Positions 31,930 to 41,047 of a DNA stretch of 64,000 nucleotides are shown piece after piece (the stretch's first letter is position 1; every line of letters begins with the position of its first letter). Position numbers and translations under genes: made by a program. The stretch comes from Candidatus Onthoplasma sp. (GTDB lineage: Bacteria; Bacillota; Clostridia; Christensenellales; UBA1242). Under the pieces are notes generated by a model. It was not told where the DNA came from. It ran no database searches and saw nothing but the letters and a program-made list of their open reading frames with translations. The stretch is taken from NCBI GenBank assembly GCA_045126575.1, contig JBGVOQ010000023.1, positions 17,382 through 81,381 of the forward strand, read 5' to 3'.

Positions 31930-32795
31930 TAATATCTCCTTCTTCGAATAGGTAATAGTGGATGTGATTTTTTCTTTAACTCTCTATATATTTGCTGTAC
32001 ATTTTTATATGCACAACGATATAAAAAATCTTTTTCATATTTTTCAACACTATTCTCTGCCATATCCAAAAATTTCATAGCTATTTGATATCTTGAATTA
32101 TATCTTAATTTCAAATGTTCGGGTTCTTCACGTTGCATTATAGAGTCTTTATGAATTCGATAATTATAAAAAGGTTGTTCTATTAAACAAAAATTATCAA
32201 CCAATAACAACATTCTTGTCACCCAATCTTCATCTTCATGCAATATCCCTTCTTCAAAATATAGATTGTTATTTTCTATAATCTCTCTTTTTACAATAAA
32301 TCTCCAAACAGTAAATATTAAACGAACTCTATAAAAGTATTCCAATACTTGTGATTTTTGTTTATTGTTAATATATCTCTTATTTAAATTCTCGGTATAA
32401 CATCCATGTAAATTCTCATCTTCTTTAATAGTGTTAAACATGCCAACAAACGCTTCAATATTAGGTTTTCGTATAAGTTTTTTAGCAACTGTTTCTAATA
32501 TCCAATTTTCTATATAATCATCACTATCCAAAAATACTATATAGTCGCCAGTTGCCTTATTTAATCCTATATTTCTAGCAACAGAGACTCCTTGATGGTC
32601 AGATTGTATTAGATTTATTTTATTATTTTTAAAACTATTTATCATCTCAATTGTTTTATCTGATGAACCATCATCAACAATTATTATCTCATAATTTGTA
32701 TAACTTTGATTTAAAACACTTTGTATTGTTTTTTTAATAAACTTTTCAACATTATATGCTGGAATTATTATTGAAAATTTAATATTTTTTCTCAT
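31929..32795 (-). CDS. Family 2 glycosyltransferase
   Basis: FSIIIPAYNVEKFI...IIIVDDGSSD and LDSDD motifs. Confidence 0.8.
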   Translation of the reverse strand: MRKNIKFSIIIPAYNVEKFIKKTIQSVLNQSYTNYEIIIVDDGSSDKTIEMINSFKNNKINLIQSDHQGVSVARNIGLNKATGDYIVFLDSDDYIENWILETVAKKLIRKPNIEAFVGMFNTIKEDENLHGCYTENLNKRYINNKQKSQVLEYFYRVRLIFTVWRFIVKREIIENNNLYFEEGILHEDEDWVTRMLLLVDNFCLIEQPFYNYRIHKDSIMQREEPEHLKLRYNSRYQIAMKFLDMAENSVEKYEKDFLYRCAYKNVQQIYRELKKKSHPLLPIRRRRY

Positions 32796-32805
32796 ATAAT
32801 TCTCC

Positions 32806-33639
32806 TTATAATTGGTCTTTATATTCCGCTTGTTCCATTAATGTGTAATACATTTCCTTACACAATCTATAAGTTTTTCTTAATATATGTGTTTTTCTAT
32901 AATCGGTAAATTGTTCCGAGAATTTTAAAAGATTTTTAGCAATCTCTAATTTTGAAATATAATTAAAATTTGTTGGATTTGTTGTTATTGAATTCTTTCT
33001 TTTTCTATACGTAATAAATGGTATATCAATACATTGGAACGAATTACAATATAATAATATTTTAGTTATCCACTCTTCATCTTCGTGTATAACTTTTTCA
33101 TTGAAGAATATTTTACTGTCTTCTATAATCTTTCTCTTTATTACAAATCTCCAAACTGCCATAATAAATCTTAATTGATATAAATAATCTAAAACTTCTT
33201 CTTGTGACCTACCAATTATTTTAGTTTTATCAATATTTTCGCAAGATAATTTTTTTATCCCCTTTTCAGCGATACATTTAAACTCGCCTATTATACAATC
33301 TGTATTTGATTTTATTACATTACTTAAAGAACATAAAAGCCCTTTCTCCATCTTGTCATCACCATCAAGAAATACAATATATTCACCTTTTGCCCTTTTT
33401 AATGCAATATTTCTTGCATGCGAAACACCCTTGTGTTTTTTACAAATCAATTTTAACTTGCTATTAAATTCTTTTTTCCAAGATTTTATTTTTTTTAGTG
33501 TTAAATCTGTTGAACCATCATCAACACATATAATCTCAAAATCATTAAAATTTTGTGATTTTACAGATTTTAATGTATCATCTATATATTTCTCACAATT
33601 ATAACACGGAATAATTACTGAAAAAAGTTTATTATTCAT
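32806..33639 (-). CDS. Family 2 glycosyltransferase (paralog of 31929-32795)
   Basis: FSVIIPCYNCEKYI...ICVDDGSTD and LDGDD motifs. It shares the WRF(I/V)(V/I)KR and HEDE(D/E)W blocks with its neighbour. Confidence 0.8.
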   Translation of the reverse strand: MNNKLFSVIIPCYNCEKYIDDTLKSVKSQNFNDFEIICVDDGSTDLTLKKIKSWKKEFNSKLKLICKKHKGVSHARNIALKRAKGEYIVFLDGDDKMEKGLLCSLSNVIKSNTDCIIGEFKCIAEKGIKKLSCENIDKTKIIGRSQEEVLDYLYQLRFIMAVWRFVIKRKIIEDSKIFFNEKVIHEDEEWITKILLYCNSFQCIDIPFITYRKRKNSITTNPTNFNYISKLEIAKNLLKFSEQFTDYRKTHILRKTYRLCKEMYYTLMEQAEYKDQL

Positions 33640-34496
33640 TAATCCTCCTTTATATATTCAATAACATATTTTGCTAACTCTTCTTCATAATTTTTAAATG
33701 AGTGTTTTGCATTTGCTATTATCTTATATTTTAGATTTAAATTATAGTGTTGTAATCGTTTCATGGCTAGTTCTGCCGATAAATTTGAATAACTTAACCC
33801 TTGGTCATATTCTCCAATAATTGCAAAAATTGGTATATCTATTAATTTAAACATACCAAAATCACAATCTTCTGTTAAATAGGGAAGATTATTAATATCT
33901 TTACGTGAAAATAAGTCCTTATATGTTCTTCCACAAATTTCGCAATAACCAAACAATTTTTGTGTAAGAAGTTCGTCTCCTTTATTAGATATTATATTTT
34001 CTTCGGCTTCTGCCATCATATTATTATCCACTTGAACACTAATATCTTGTGGGCAAATTAAAATTAATTTTTTAATATTTGGATATTGTTTTACATTTAA
34101 TAAACTAACTAATCTATTACATGCCAAACTTGCACCTACTAAATATATTTTTTTGAAACCTTTATTAATAATATACTCAACCCATTCCATCATATCTTTA
34201 ATAGTTTCATCATAGTCTTCGTAAGCACCACCCCTTAATACAAGTTTAGTTTCTCCATCCGCAAGTTTTTGCTTTAATCCCTTAACCTTATAACTTGCTT
34301 GTGTATTTCCGAACAAGAAACTTAATCCACTATTAATAACTTCATCGGCAATGGCACAAAACATATTATCACAAGTCCCACCTAAACCAGCAAAACATAC
34401 AACACACGAATCTTTATTATTTTCATAATAATATCCTTTCAATTCAATACCATCTCTTTGCAATATTTTTATTTTATAATCATCTTTAATAAACAT
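33639..34496 (-). CDS. Alpha/beta-hydrolase-fold protein (Ser nucleophile variant GASLA)
   Basis: Its predicted catalytic triad: nucleophile elbow LVGASLA, a later acidic residue (GEYDQ) and a C-terminal His (NAKHSF). Confidence 0.55.
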   Translation of the reverse strand: MFIKDDYKIKILQRDGIELKGYYYENNKDSCVVCFAGLGGTCDNMFCAIADEVINSGLSFLFGNTQASYKVKGLKQKLADGETKLVLRGGAYEDYDETIKDMMEWVEYIINKGFKKIYLVGASLACNRLVSLLNVKQYPNIKKLILICPQDISVQVDNNMMAEAEENIISNKGDELLTQKLFGYCEICGRTYKDLFSRKDINNLPYLTEDCDFGMFKLIDIPIFAIIGEYDQGLSYSNLSAELAMKRLQHYNLNLKYKIIANAKHSFKNYEEELAKYVIEYIKED

Positions 34497-35391
34497 TATT
34501 TATCTCCTTTGTTCTTGAATTTATAAATTCTTCTATTATTTCATCCAACTCTTGTTCTTTCCCTTTAAACAGATGTTTTGCATTGTCAATTATATAAAAT
34601 TTACCATTCTTACAATTTCTTACCATACTATTAAAATATTTTAAAATAATCTCCTCAGTTTCATTTCTAATAGCATAATCCAATCTCCCCATAACAAACA
34701 AAATTCTAGCATCTATTAATTGTAAGTCTTTAAGTTTCTCTATATTGGTTTTATATGAAAGAGTATTAAATATATTATTAAGACTAACATCTAAATAAGT
34801 TATACTGCTTATGTCCATATAACCTAAAAACTTTTTGCTTAATATTTTGTTGGGACAGCCTTGTTTAACATTATCAATCGCTTCCTGCTCCAACCCTTCA
34901 TGAACTGAACTGGTACGAACTTCCACAAAATCTTGTGGTGCCAACAATATTAATTCTGAAACCATACTATTAGCCTTTTGATTATGTTGTAGATAATACG
35001 TCAACTTACTAGCCGAACCACATAATCCCACTGCTACTACATTTTTATATCCTTCATTGTTTAAAAATTTAAAAAAGCAGTCAAAATCAACAATACTTTT
35101 ATATAATCTAGAATTTGTTGCTCCAATATATTCTTTTTGAACTTCACCATTATTCAAATGCTTAACAGTCTCCATTTTATCGTAGCTATCCTTAAATTGA
35201 CCAAATAAAAATCCATACCCATTTTTTTGAGCAATGTCAGAAAGTAGCTCTCCAATATTCCCATATCCGCCACCGAAACCTGGGCAATACATTATTACAG
35301 TATCTGAGTTTTGAGCAGGCAGATATCTAGCAGTTAACTCTATATAATCGCCGTTTATTAATTTTATATCTTTTAAAGAATGCTTATCCAT
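34486..35391 (-). CDS. Alpha/beta-hydrolase-fold protein (paralog; Cys at the nucleophile position)
   Basis: It aligns with the neighbour, but the elbow reads VGLCGSA. The MGRLDYA and DNAKHLF positions are retained. Confidence 0.55.
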   Translation of the reverse strand: MDKHSLKDIKLINGDYIELTARYLPAQNSDTVIMYCPGFGGGYGNIGELLSDIAQKNGYGFLFGQFKDSYDKMETVKHLNNGEVQKEYIGATNSRLYKSIVDFDCFFKFLNNEGYKNVVAVGLCGSASKLTYYLQHNQKANSMVSELILLAPQDFVEVRTSSVHEGLEQEAIDNVKQGCPNKILSKKFLGYMDISSITYLDVSLNNIFNTLSYKTNIEKLKDLQLIDARILFVMGRLDYAIRNETEEIILKYFNSMVRNCKNGKFYIIDNAKHLFKGKEQELDEIIEEFINSRTKEINNVY

Positions 35392-35433
35392 AATCTCTAT
35401 TATTATAACATATAAATTTTAATAGTGCAAGTA

Positions 35434-35462
35434 TTGACAATATTTTTAATAAGTGCTACTAT
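35434..35462 (+). promoter_or_regulatory. Promoter-like element placed for a leaderless transcript
   Basis: TTGACA at 35434-35439, a 17-nt spacer and TACTAT at 35457-35462. The ATG at 35469 follows after 6 nt with no RBS. Confidence 0.45.
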
Positions 35463-35468
35463 ATAGTT

Positions 35469-36434
35469 ATGAAATTTATAAGTTTTATAATTCCAATATA
35501 TAATGGCGAAAAGTATATTGATAGATGCTTAAATTCCATATTCCATCAGTGTCGTGATAATGATATTGAGATTATATTAATTAATGATGCTTCGACAGAT
35601 AATACCTACAATATTTGCTGTCAATATGCCAATAGATATAATAATATAATCATATTAAACAATCCTGAAAATTGTGGGGTGTCATATTCTAGGAATATAG
35701 GAATTGAAAATGCTAGTGGAAAATATATATTCTTTTTAGATATAGATGATTTTTTAACAGAAAATAGTTTGAATATCATGCTAAAAGCAATACAAACAAA
35801 TAATGATTTAATTTGTTTTTCTATCTTTTCAAACAAAAAAAATAATCTACATAAATATAATCTTCCTTTACTAGAAAGTTTATCTCAAAATGATTTGTTT
35901 CAAAAAAATCTTTCAGTTTTGTTTGATGTCACAGTTTCCACCTGGATAAAAAATAAGTTGTATAAAACATCTATAATAAAACACAACCATATCAAATTTA
36001 ATACTAATATGAGCTATTCCGAGGATGTGATTTTCAATTTGTCGTTTTTCCCCTTTGCCATCACTTATTATTTTAAAGATTTTCCAATACTTGTTTATGA
36101 TAGAGATGTTGAAAACTCCTTGTCCAGACAATATGAACATAATTTAATTAGCCAGTTTTTTATACAAAGAAAATATTTTGATAAATTTTTTAATGATAAT
36201 AATATTCCAATAGACAAATATTATTATTTGGATTGTGTTGGACTATTGACATATTGTGTTTATAAGGTTATAAATAGTCAATCCAGCAAAGAAAATAAAA
36301 TTGATGAATTGAAAATTTTGTTAAAAAACAATCCTATTCATTTATTGCCTTATTTTAATCTTGATGATAAAGAAGAATTATCAATTTTTAACTTTATCAA
36401 TACACAAGATTTCAGTATTTTAATCAAGGAGTAA
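35469..36434 (+). CDS. Family 2 glycosyltransferase
   Basis: ISFIIPIYNGEKYI...IILINDASTDNT and LDIDD motifs. Confidence 0.8.
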   Translation: MKFISFIIPIYNGEKYIDRCLNSIFHQCRDNDIEIILINDASTDNTYNICCQYANRYNNIIILNNPENCGVSYSRNIGIENASGKYIFFLDIDDFLTENSLNIMLKAIQTNNDLICFSIFSNKKNNLHKYNLPLLESLSQNDLFQKNLSVLFDVTVSTWIKNKLYKTSIIKHNHIKFNTNMSYSEDVIFNLSFFPFAITYYFKDFPILVYDRDVENSLSRQYEHNLISQFFIQRKYFDKFFNDNNIPIDKYYYLDCVGLLTYCVYKVINSQSSKENKIDELKILLKNNPIHLLPYFNLDDKEELSIFNFINTQDFSILIKE

Positions 36435-36437
36435 TTT

Positions 36438-37070
36438 ATGCAAATTTTTTTAATACGACATGGCGAAAGTCTTAAAAATGCAGGGAAATGCGATTTGGAA
36501 GATTGGAAAGTTCCTTTAACAAATAAAGGAGAAAATCAAGCACTACAAACAGGACAAACTTTATTAAATTATTGTAAAACTCATAACATTTCATTAGACA
36601 ACTCTGTAATTATTTCTAGTCCTTATATTCGAGCTAAACAAACCGCTAATAATATTAATAAATATTTAAATTTACCTGTATTAATCAATTATTCTATTTC
36701 CGAATATCAACATTATGACCATGTTACTGCCTCAATTTCTAAACTAGAAGAGTACAATAAAGAACTATCAAATTCTTGTACATTATTGAAAAACTTTATA
36801 GACAATCAAGTAGATGAAAATCAAAATGAAAATAATGTTGAAATAGTATTACGTGCAAAATCTGTAATTGAAAACCTTTCAAATCTTCCATATGATAATG
36901 TTTTTATCGTTTCTCACAAAGGTTTTATAAAAGCATTTATTACCGCTTTTAATAATAAGGATTATTCTGCATACTTTGAACATCATATTGTAGAAAATTG
37001 TTCAGTTAAACTTTTTGACCTTCATAATAAAATATTTAAAGAAAACGGAAATATCGAATTAAAATTTTAA
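36438..37070 (+). CDS. Histidine phosphatase family protein
   Basis: N-terminal RHG motif (FLIRHGES) and a downstream His (VSHKGF). Confidence 0.75.
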   Translation: MQIFLIRHGESLKNAGKCDLEDWKVPLTNKGENQALQTGQTLLNYCKTHNISLDNSVIISSPYIRAKQTANNINKYLNLPVLINYSISEYQHYDHVTASISKLEEYNKELSNSCTLLKNFIDNQVDENQNENNVEIVLRAKSVIENLSNLPYDNVFIVSHKGFIKAFITAFNNKDYSAYFEHHIVENCSVKLFDLHNKIFKENGNIELKF

Positions 37071-37447
37071 TTTGTTAAAAAACATCTTATTATAGATAAA
37101 AATTAAGCATTGCGATTGGTGTTCATTTTAGGTCCCGGTCAGTCAACCATCAAAAAGGCCCTTATTTATAGGTTTTTTTTATTTTCCATTTCCTACACTC
37201 AACTCACCCAAATCCCCCATTTCTACAAATTTTCTACAAATCCTACTGCAAAACAACTTGAATATCGTATATTATTGTATTGTTACGAATGCTTACTTAT
37301 TGTATCTTATTATTGAAATAACTTATAAATCTATTATTGTAAATCTTCAAAAAAATGGCACACCTTGTTCGGATTTGGATTTTCGTATGATACAATTCTC
37401 CAAAAGATTGAATGTCATCAATCTTAATTAATACAAGGAGAATCATT

Positions 37448-37528
37448 ATGAACAATATTATTAATCCAAAAGTAATTCCTAAAGATAAAAATATAACTAC
37501 TTGCAAAAAATCGTGCGAGGTGCTATAA
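37448..37528 (+). CDS. Possible 26-aa leader ORF, translationally coupled to the next gene
   Basis: AAGGAGA RBS 6 nt upstream. It reads MNNIINPKVIPKDKNITTCKKSCEVL. Its TAA overlaps the ATG at 37528 (TAATG). It is below the ORF-track size cutoff. Confidence 0.3.
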   Translation: MNNIINPKVIPKDKNITTCKKSCEVL

Positions 37529-37821
37529 TGGGAATGTGTAAACCTAGTGGCGGAGTAAAACGTGTTGTTGGAAGAATTGGAGATTTAGAACGTGAAGGAA
37601 CTCCCAATTCAAGAGTAGATATGTATAATGAAAAAGGCATATTAATACAACAACGATGGTATGGTCCAGATGGACATGCAGTTTGGGACAGAGATTGGAA
37701 ACATGGCGGAGTTCATACATTCCCGCATGACCACTCTTGGGATTGGACAAATATAGAACACCCTGATAGACCTCCTTATGAGGGTCTAAATGGTGAAAAA
37801 ATAAATAAACACTATTATTAA
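37528..37821 (+). CDS. Small toxin-domain-like protein (97 aa)
   Basis: GTPNSRVDMYNEKGILIQQRWYGPDGHAVWDRDWKHGGVHTFPHDHSWDW resembles, from memory, C-terminal modules on phage head-morphogenesis and polymorphic-toxin proteins. The family assignment is unverified. Confidence 0.45.
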   Translation: MGMCKPSGGVKRVVGRIGDLEREGTPNSRVDMYNEKGILIQQRWYGPDGHAVWDRDWKHGGVHTFPHDHSWDWTNIEHPDRPPYEGLNGEKINKHYY

Positions 37822-37833
37822 AAGGAGACAATT

Positions 37834-38298
37834 ATGGGAAATAAAAATATATATGAGCCAATATTTGAAAAATCTTGTGCAGTATGTAGTAATAAGTATA
37901 TGGCAGATATCTATGGGCAAGGGAAATGCAGTCATTGTGGTTGGAGAAATGGTGATACGATTGAAGAAAATAAAAACAGTGTCGTATATCCCAATTTAAT
38001 TTCATTAAATAAAGCAAAACAACTTTATAAAGAAGGAAAATCATTTGCACCTAATTTAGATGAATTTATTGAAGCTCTATTTTGTTATAGCGAAGTTCAA
38101 TTTGAATATAATGGCATTTATTATGGTGTTGAAATAAATAGAAATAATGAAAAAATTAGTATAATAATGTATGATATCCCTTCAAATACAACTCAACAAT
38201 TTAAAACAAAAGAAGAATTTAAAAATAATGCAAAAATTGGAAATCAATATTTAAAAGATATATGGAACGAAACAACTGATAGATATTGGTTACAATAA
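37834..38298 (+). CDS. Zn-ribbon (CxxC...CxxC-W) protein with C-terminal alpha/beta domain
   Basis: CAVCSNKY...GKCSHCGW is followed by VYPNLISLNKAKQLYKEGK. Strong GGAGA RBS. It is a paralog of the C-terminal third of the next gene. Confidence 0.6.
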   Translation: MGNKNIYEPIFEKSCAVCSNKYMADIYGQGKCSHCGWRNGDTIEENKNSVVYPNLISLNKAKQLYKEGKSFAPNLDEFIEALFCYSEVQFEYNGIYYGVEINRNNEKISIIMYDIPSNTTQQFKTKEEFKNNAKIGNQYLKDIWNETTDRYWLQ

Positions 38299-38316
38299 AA
38301 ACATTTTGGAGAAAAT

Positions 38317-39336
38317 ATGCAAGATAAGGTAAATGAATTAAACAATTTATATATACCCATATTAAAAGAAATAGAAAATATAAGACAATTCCTAGGAAGC
38401 AAATGTATTGATCATTCTTTAGGATTTTACAATCGTAACTCAATAAAAATCAACGATAAAATAACAAGTGAAATTTATCCTATTCCAGTTATCTTTTGCA
38501 AACTAAACAATATTAATATTGATATTGCACTTGACCTTGTAAGCAACGAAAAATATATAGGTTTTATTAGATTTACTTTTAGTAAAGAAGATTTGCTGTG
38601 CTTCAATTTTAATCTTTTAAGCGATTTTTATTTTGAACTTTATTCATATAGTTATATTAACACTAATTTTGATTTTGAAAATATTGAACAAGAACTAATT
38701 AAAATACAAAAATCAAAAGAAACACAATTTAAAATAAAAATTAGCATTTCCAATACAAATCAAATTAAGGATATTATAAATAGATTGTTTAATAACCGAC
38801 CAAAATCTTTCTCAATGACATCTTTTACTTGTGATTGCAAAAATAATATATCTATTGAAAGTTATGATGGTTGTTGTCCAATCTGCGGAAAAGAAAGTCC
38901 TGGAAAAAGAATATTCCCAAAAACATGCTCAGTTTGTAACGAAAGTTTTTTAGTCGACCAATTTGGACAAGGAGAATGCCCTAACTGTAATTGGTATACT
39001 GATACATTAAGTGAAAAAAGTCCCAATGATGTTATATACCCTAATTTAGTCTCTCTAAATAAAGCAAAGCAATTATATAATGAAGGGAAACCATTTAGAC
39101 CCGATTTAAATGATTTCCTTGAAGGATTTGATATGTATGGTGAAATGCAATTTATTTACAAAAATATTGATTGTGAACTTTTTAGAAGTAATAATGAAGG
39201 CGGAATATCTTTTTACTATGAAGAAGGTAATGAGATTTTATTTAAAAATAAAGAAGATTTTATTCAGAATGCTAAAATTGGAAACGAATACGTAAGAGAT
39301 ATATGGCACTTAGTCGAAAACCCTAGTTATATGTAA
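38317..39336 (+). CDS. Unknown N-terminal domain fused to two Zn ribbons and the same C-terminal domain as 37834-38298
   Basis: It contains CPICG and CSVCNESF...GECPNCNW, then VIYPNLVSLNKAKQLYNEGK. It is about 50% identical by eye to the preceding protein over roughly 135 aa. Confidence 0.6.
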   Translation: MQDKVNELNNLYIPILKEIENIRQFLGSKCIDHSLGFYNRNSIKINDKITSEIYPIPVIFCKLNNINIDIALDLVSNEKYIGFIRFTFSKEDLLCFNFNLLSDFYFELYSYSYINTNFDFENIEQELIKIQKSKETQFKIKISISNTNQIKDIINRLFNNRPKSFSMTSFTCDCKNNISIESYDGCCPICGKESPGKRIFPKTCSVCNESFLVDQFGQGECPNCNWYTDTLSEKSPNDVIYPNLVSLNKAKQLYNEGKPFRPDLNDFLEGFDMYGEMQFIYKNIDCELFRSNNEGGISFYYEEGNEILFKNKEDFIQNAKIGNEYVRDIWHLVENPSYM

Positions 39337-39359
39337 AATTAATATTTTAAGGAGAATTT

Positions 39360-40097
39360 ATGAAAACAAGTGAACAATTAAGTTCGCTTTTTTCACATAT
39401 AGACAATGAGTCTAATTATGAAGAAGAAAAGCGAATAAAGAAACTAAAAATAACACGAAACGAATTTAAAACAGTAGGCAAATATGGTATGCCTCTCATT
39501 AAAAAACAAGATATTGATTTAGATAAAGTAAATTTATGGAATTACACTAAAACTAAAAATAATGATGCTGAACATAAAGATAAAACTATACATTTTTTTA
39601 CTTATGATTGGCACTTTGATAATGTTTATGAAAAGCCAGAAGTGGCGTTAGAGAAATTAGACCAATATTATGCCCTACTCACACCAGAATTTAGCACATA
39701 TAACGATATGCCACTAGCAAGGCAAATAGATAGCGTATTTAAAAGTAGATGGTGTGGAGCATACTGGCAAAAGCAAGGTTTTATCGTAATACCAACAATC
39801 TTTTGGAGTTCTGATGATAGTTTTGAATTTTGTTTTGATGGTATTGAACAAGGCTCAGTAGTTGCAATATCAACTTATATGCGAGAAAGTTATAAAGAAC
39901 AATTTATGGCGGGATATAATAAGATGTTAGAAATAATCAAACCTTCAGCAATTATATGTTATGGCACCCCTTTTAAAGAAATGAAAGGCAATATAAAAGC
40001 AGTTGACCCATTTAATAGAACTGAGTTAATTAAAAAGATTGGACTAGCGGAGTTTACAAAAAAATATCTCGCTGGCGAGTTGTATCCTGAAATTTAG
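39360..40097 (+). CDS. DUF4417-like protein
   Basis: IHFFTYDWHFDNVYEKPE...LLTPEFSTYNDMP...RWCGAYWQKQGFIVIPTIFW...FCFDGIEQGSVVAIST matches my recollection of the DUF4417 pattern found on phages and plasmids. Confidence 0.6.
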   Translation: MKTSEQLSSLFSHIDNESNYEEEKRIKKLKITRNEFKTVGKYGMPLIKKQDIDLDKVNLWNYTKTKNNDAEHKDKTIHFFTYDWHFDNVYEKPEVALEKLDQYYALLTPEFSTYNDMPLARQIDSVFKSRWCGAYWQKQGFIVIPTIFWSSDDSFEFCFDGIEQGSVVAISTYMRESYKEQFMAGYNKMLEIIKPSAIICYGTPFKEMKGNIKAVDPFNRTELIKKIGLAEFTKKYLAGELYPEI

Positions 40098-40156
40098 GAG
40101 GAATAATATTATATTTTTAACTCTTACGAGTTAATTGCATTTATAAAGGAGAAATT

Positions 40157-40966
40157 ATGAAAAATTATAAATTAACTATTGATTTACTTCCTAAAGGTGC
40201 TTGGGGAAATGATTTTAGCAAAACACTTTCCAAAAAAGATTGGGACATACTTAGAAATAAATGTTATGAACGAGCAAATCATAAATGTGCAATTTGTGGA
40301 TATGCTAGTGATGAACTTGACGCACACGAAGTTTGGAATTTTAATGTAGAAAATAAAACTCAAACATTGGTTGATATTCTTGCCCTTTGTAGTAGGTGTC
40401 ATGGTGTAAAACATATAAGAAATTCATATAGATTGGGTTATGGCGAAGATGCCAAAACTCATTTTATGAAAGTTAATAACGCTAGCGAACTTGACTTTAT
40501 TGCCCACCTAACCGAAGCGGAAATGAAATACGAAGAACAAAACAAAGTTTATAGATGGAATATAGTTGCCGACCTTAGTAAATTTGGCAGTAAAGATATT
40601 GAATTTAAACAAAGTTATATCCCTATGATTGCAAATCCTTATGAAAATATTGACTTTAACACAGTAAACTATGCTAACACTAAAAATCTTTTTATAATAT
40701 CTAAAGCAGAAAACACCACTCTAATTGGAACACCAAAAGTAACTGAGATTAATGTTGACAACTATCAAGGAATAATAACTATAAAATCATTATTCACAAA
40801 CAAAATTGAATGGTTTTTAGACGGGACTAAAATTAAAACTAAATACAATCTAGCAGGATTATTTAAAACTGAATTTTCAGTTAAAAACTTAACAGGCAAA
40901 CAATTATACTTTAAACTAACAAATTCAAATGGCGAATTGATTTCTAAACCTTTTGACTTATATTAG
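40157..40966 (+). CDS. HNH-endonuclease-like Zn-finger protein with extra C-terminal beta-rich domain
   Basis: CAICGY...DAHEVWNF...LCSRCHGVKH is a CxxC/CxxCH HNH-type arrangement. Strong RBS. Confidence 0.6.
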   Translation: MKNYKLTIDLLPKGAWGNDFSKTLSKKDWDILRNKCYERANHKCAICGYASDELDAHEVWNFNVENKTQTLVDILALCSRCHGVKHIRNSYRLGYGEDAKTHFMKVNNASELDFIAHLTEAEMKYEEQNKVYRWNIVADLSKFGSKDIEFKQSYIPMIANPYENIDFNTVNYANTKNLFIISKAENTTLIGTPKVTEINVDNYQGIITIKSLFTNKIEWFLDGTKIKTKYNLAGLFKTEFSVKNLTGKQLYFKLTNSNGELISKPFDLY

Positions 40967-40999
40967 AGTTCTATTTACTTTGCAAATGCTCAACCAAAC

Positions 41000-41047
41000 A
41001 AAAAATCAGCATATAAAGTGAAATTTATTTTATATGCTGATTTTTTA
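41000..41047. terminator. Bidirectional rho-independent terminator
   Basis: 12-bp stem ATCAGCATATAA (41005-41016) pairs with TTATATGCTGAT (41030-41041), flanked by an A-run and a T-run. Confidence 0.6.

Noticed and set aside
37110-37316. 68-aa plus-strand ORF
   Set aside because: It has a TTG start and no RBS, and it spans the tandem-repeat and low-complexity intergenic zone.
37297-37506. 69-aa minus-strand hydrophobic ORF (possible small membrane protein)
   Set aside because: I could not find an RBS for it. It overlaps the RBS-bearing 26-aa plus-strand leader ORF and the operon promoter region. I left it uncalled, but it cannot be excluded without expression data.
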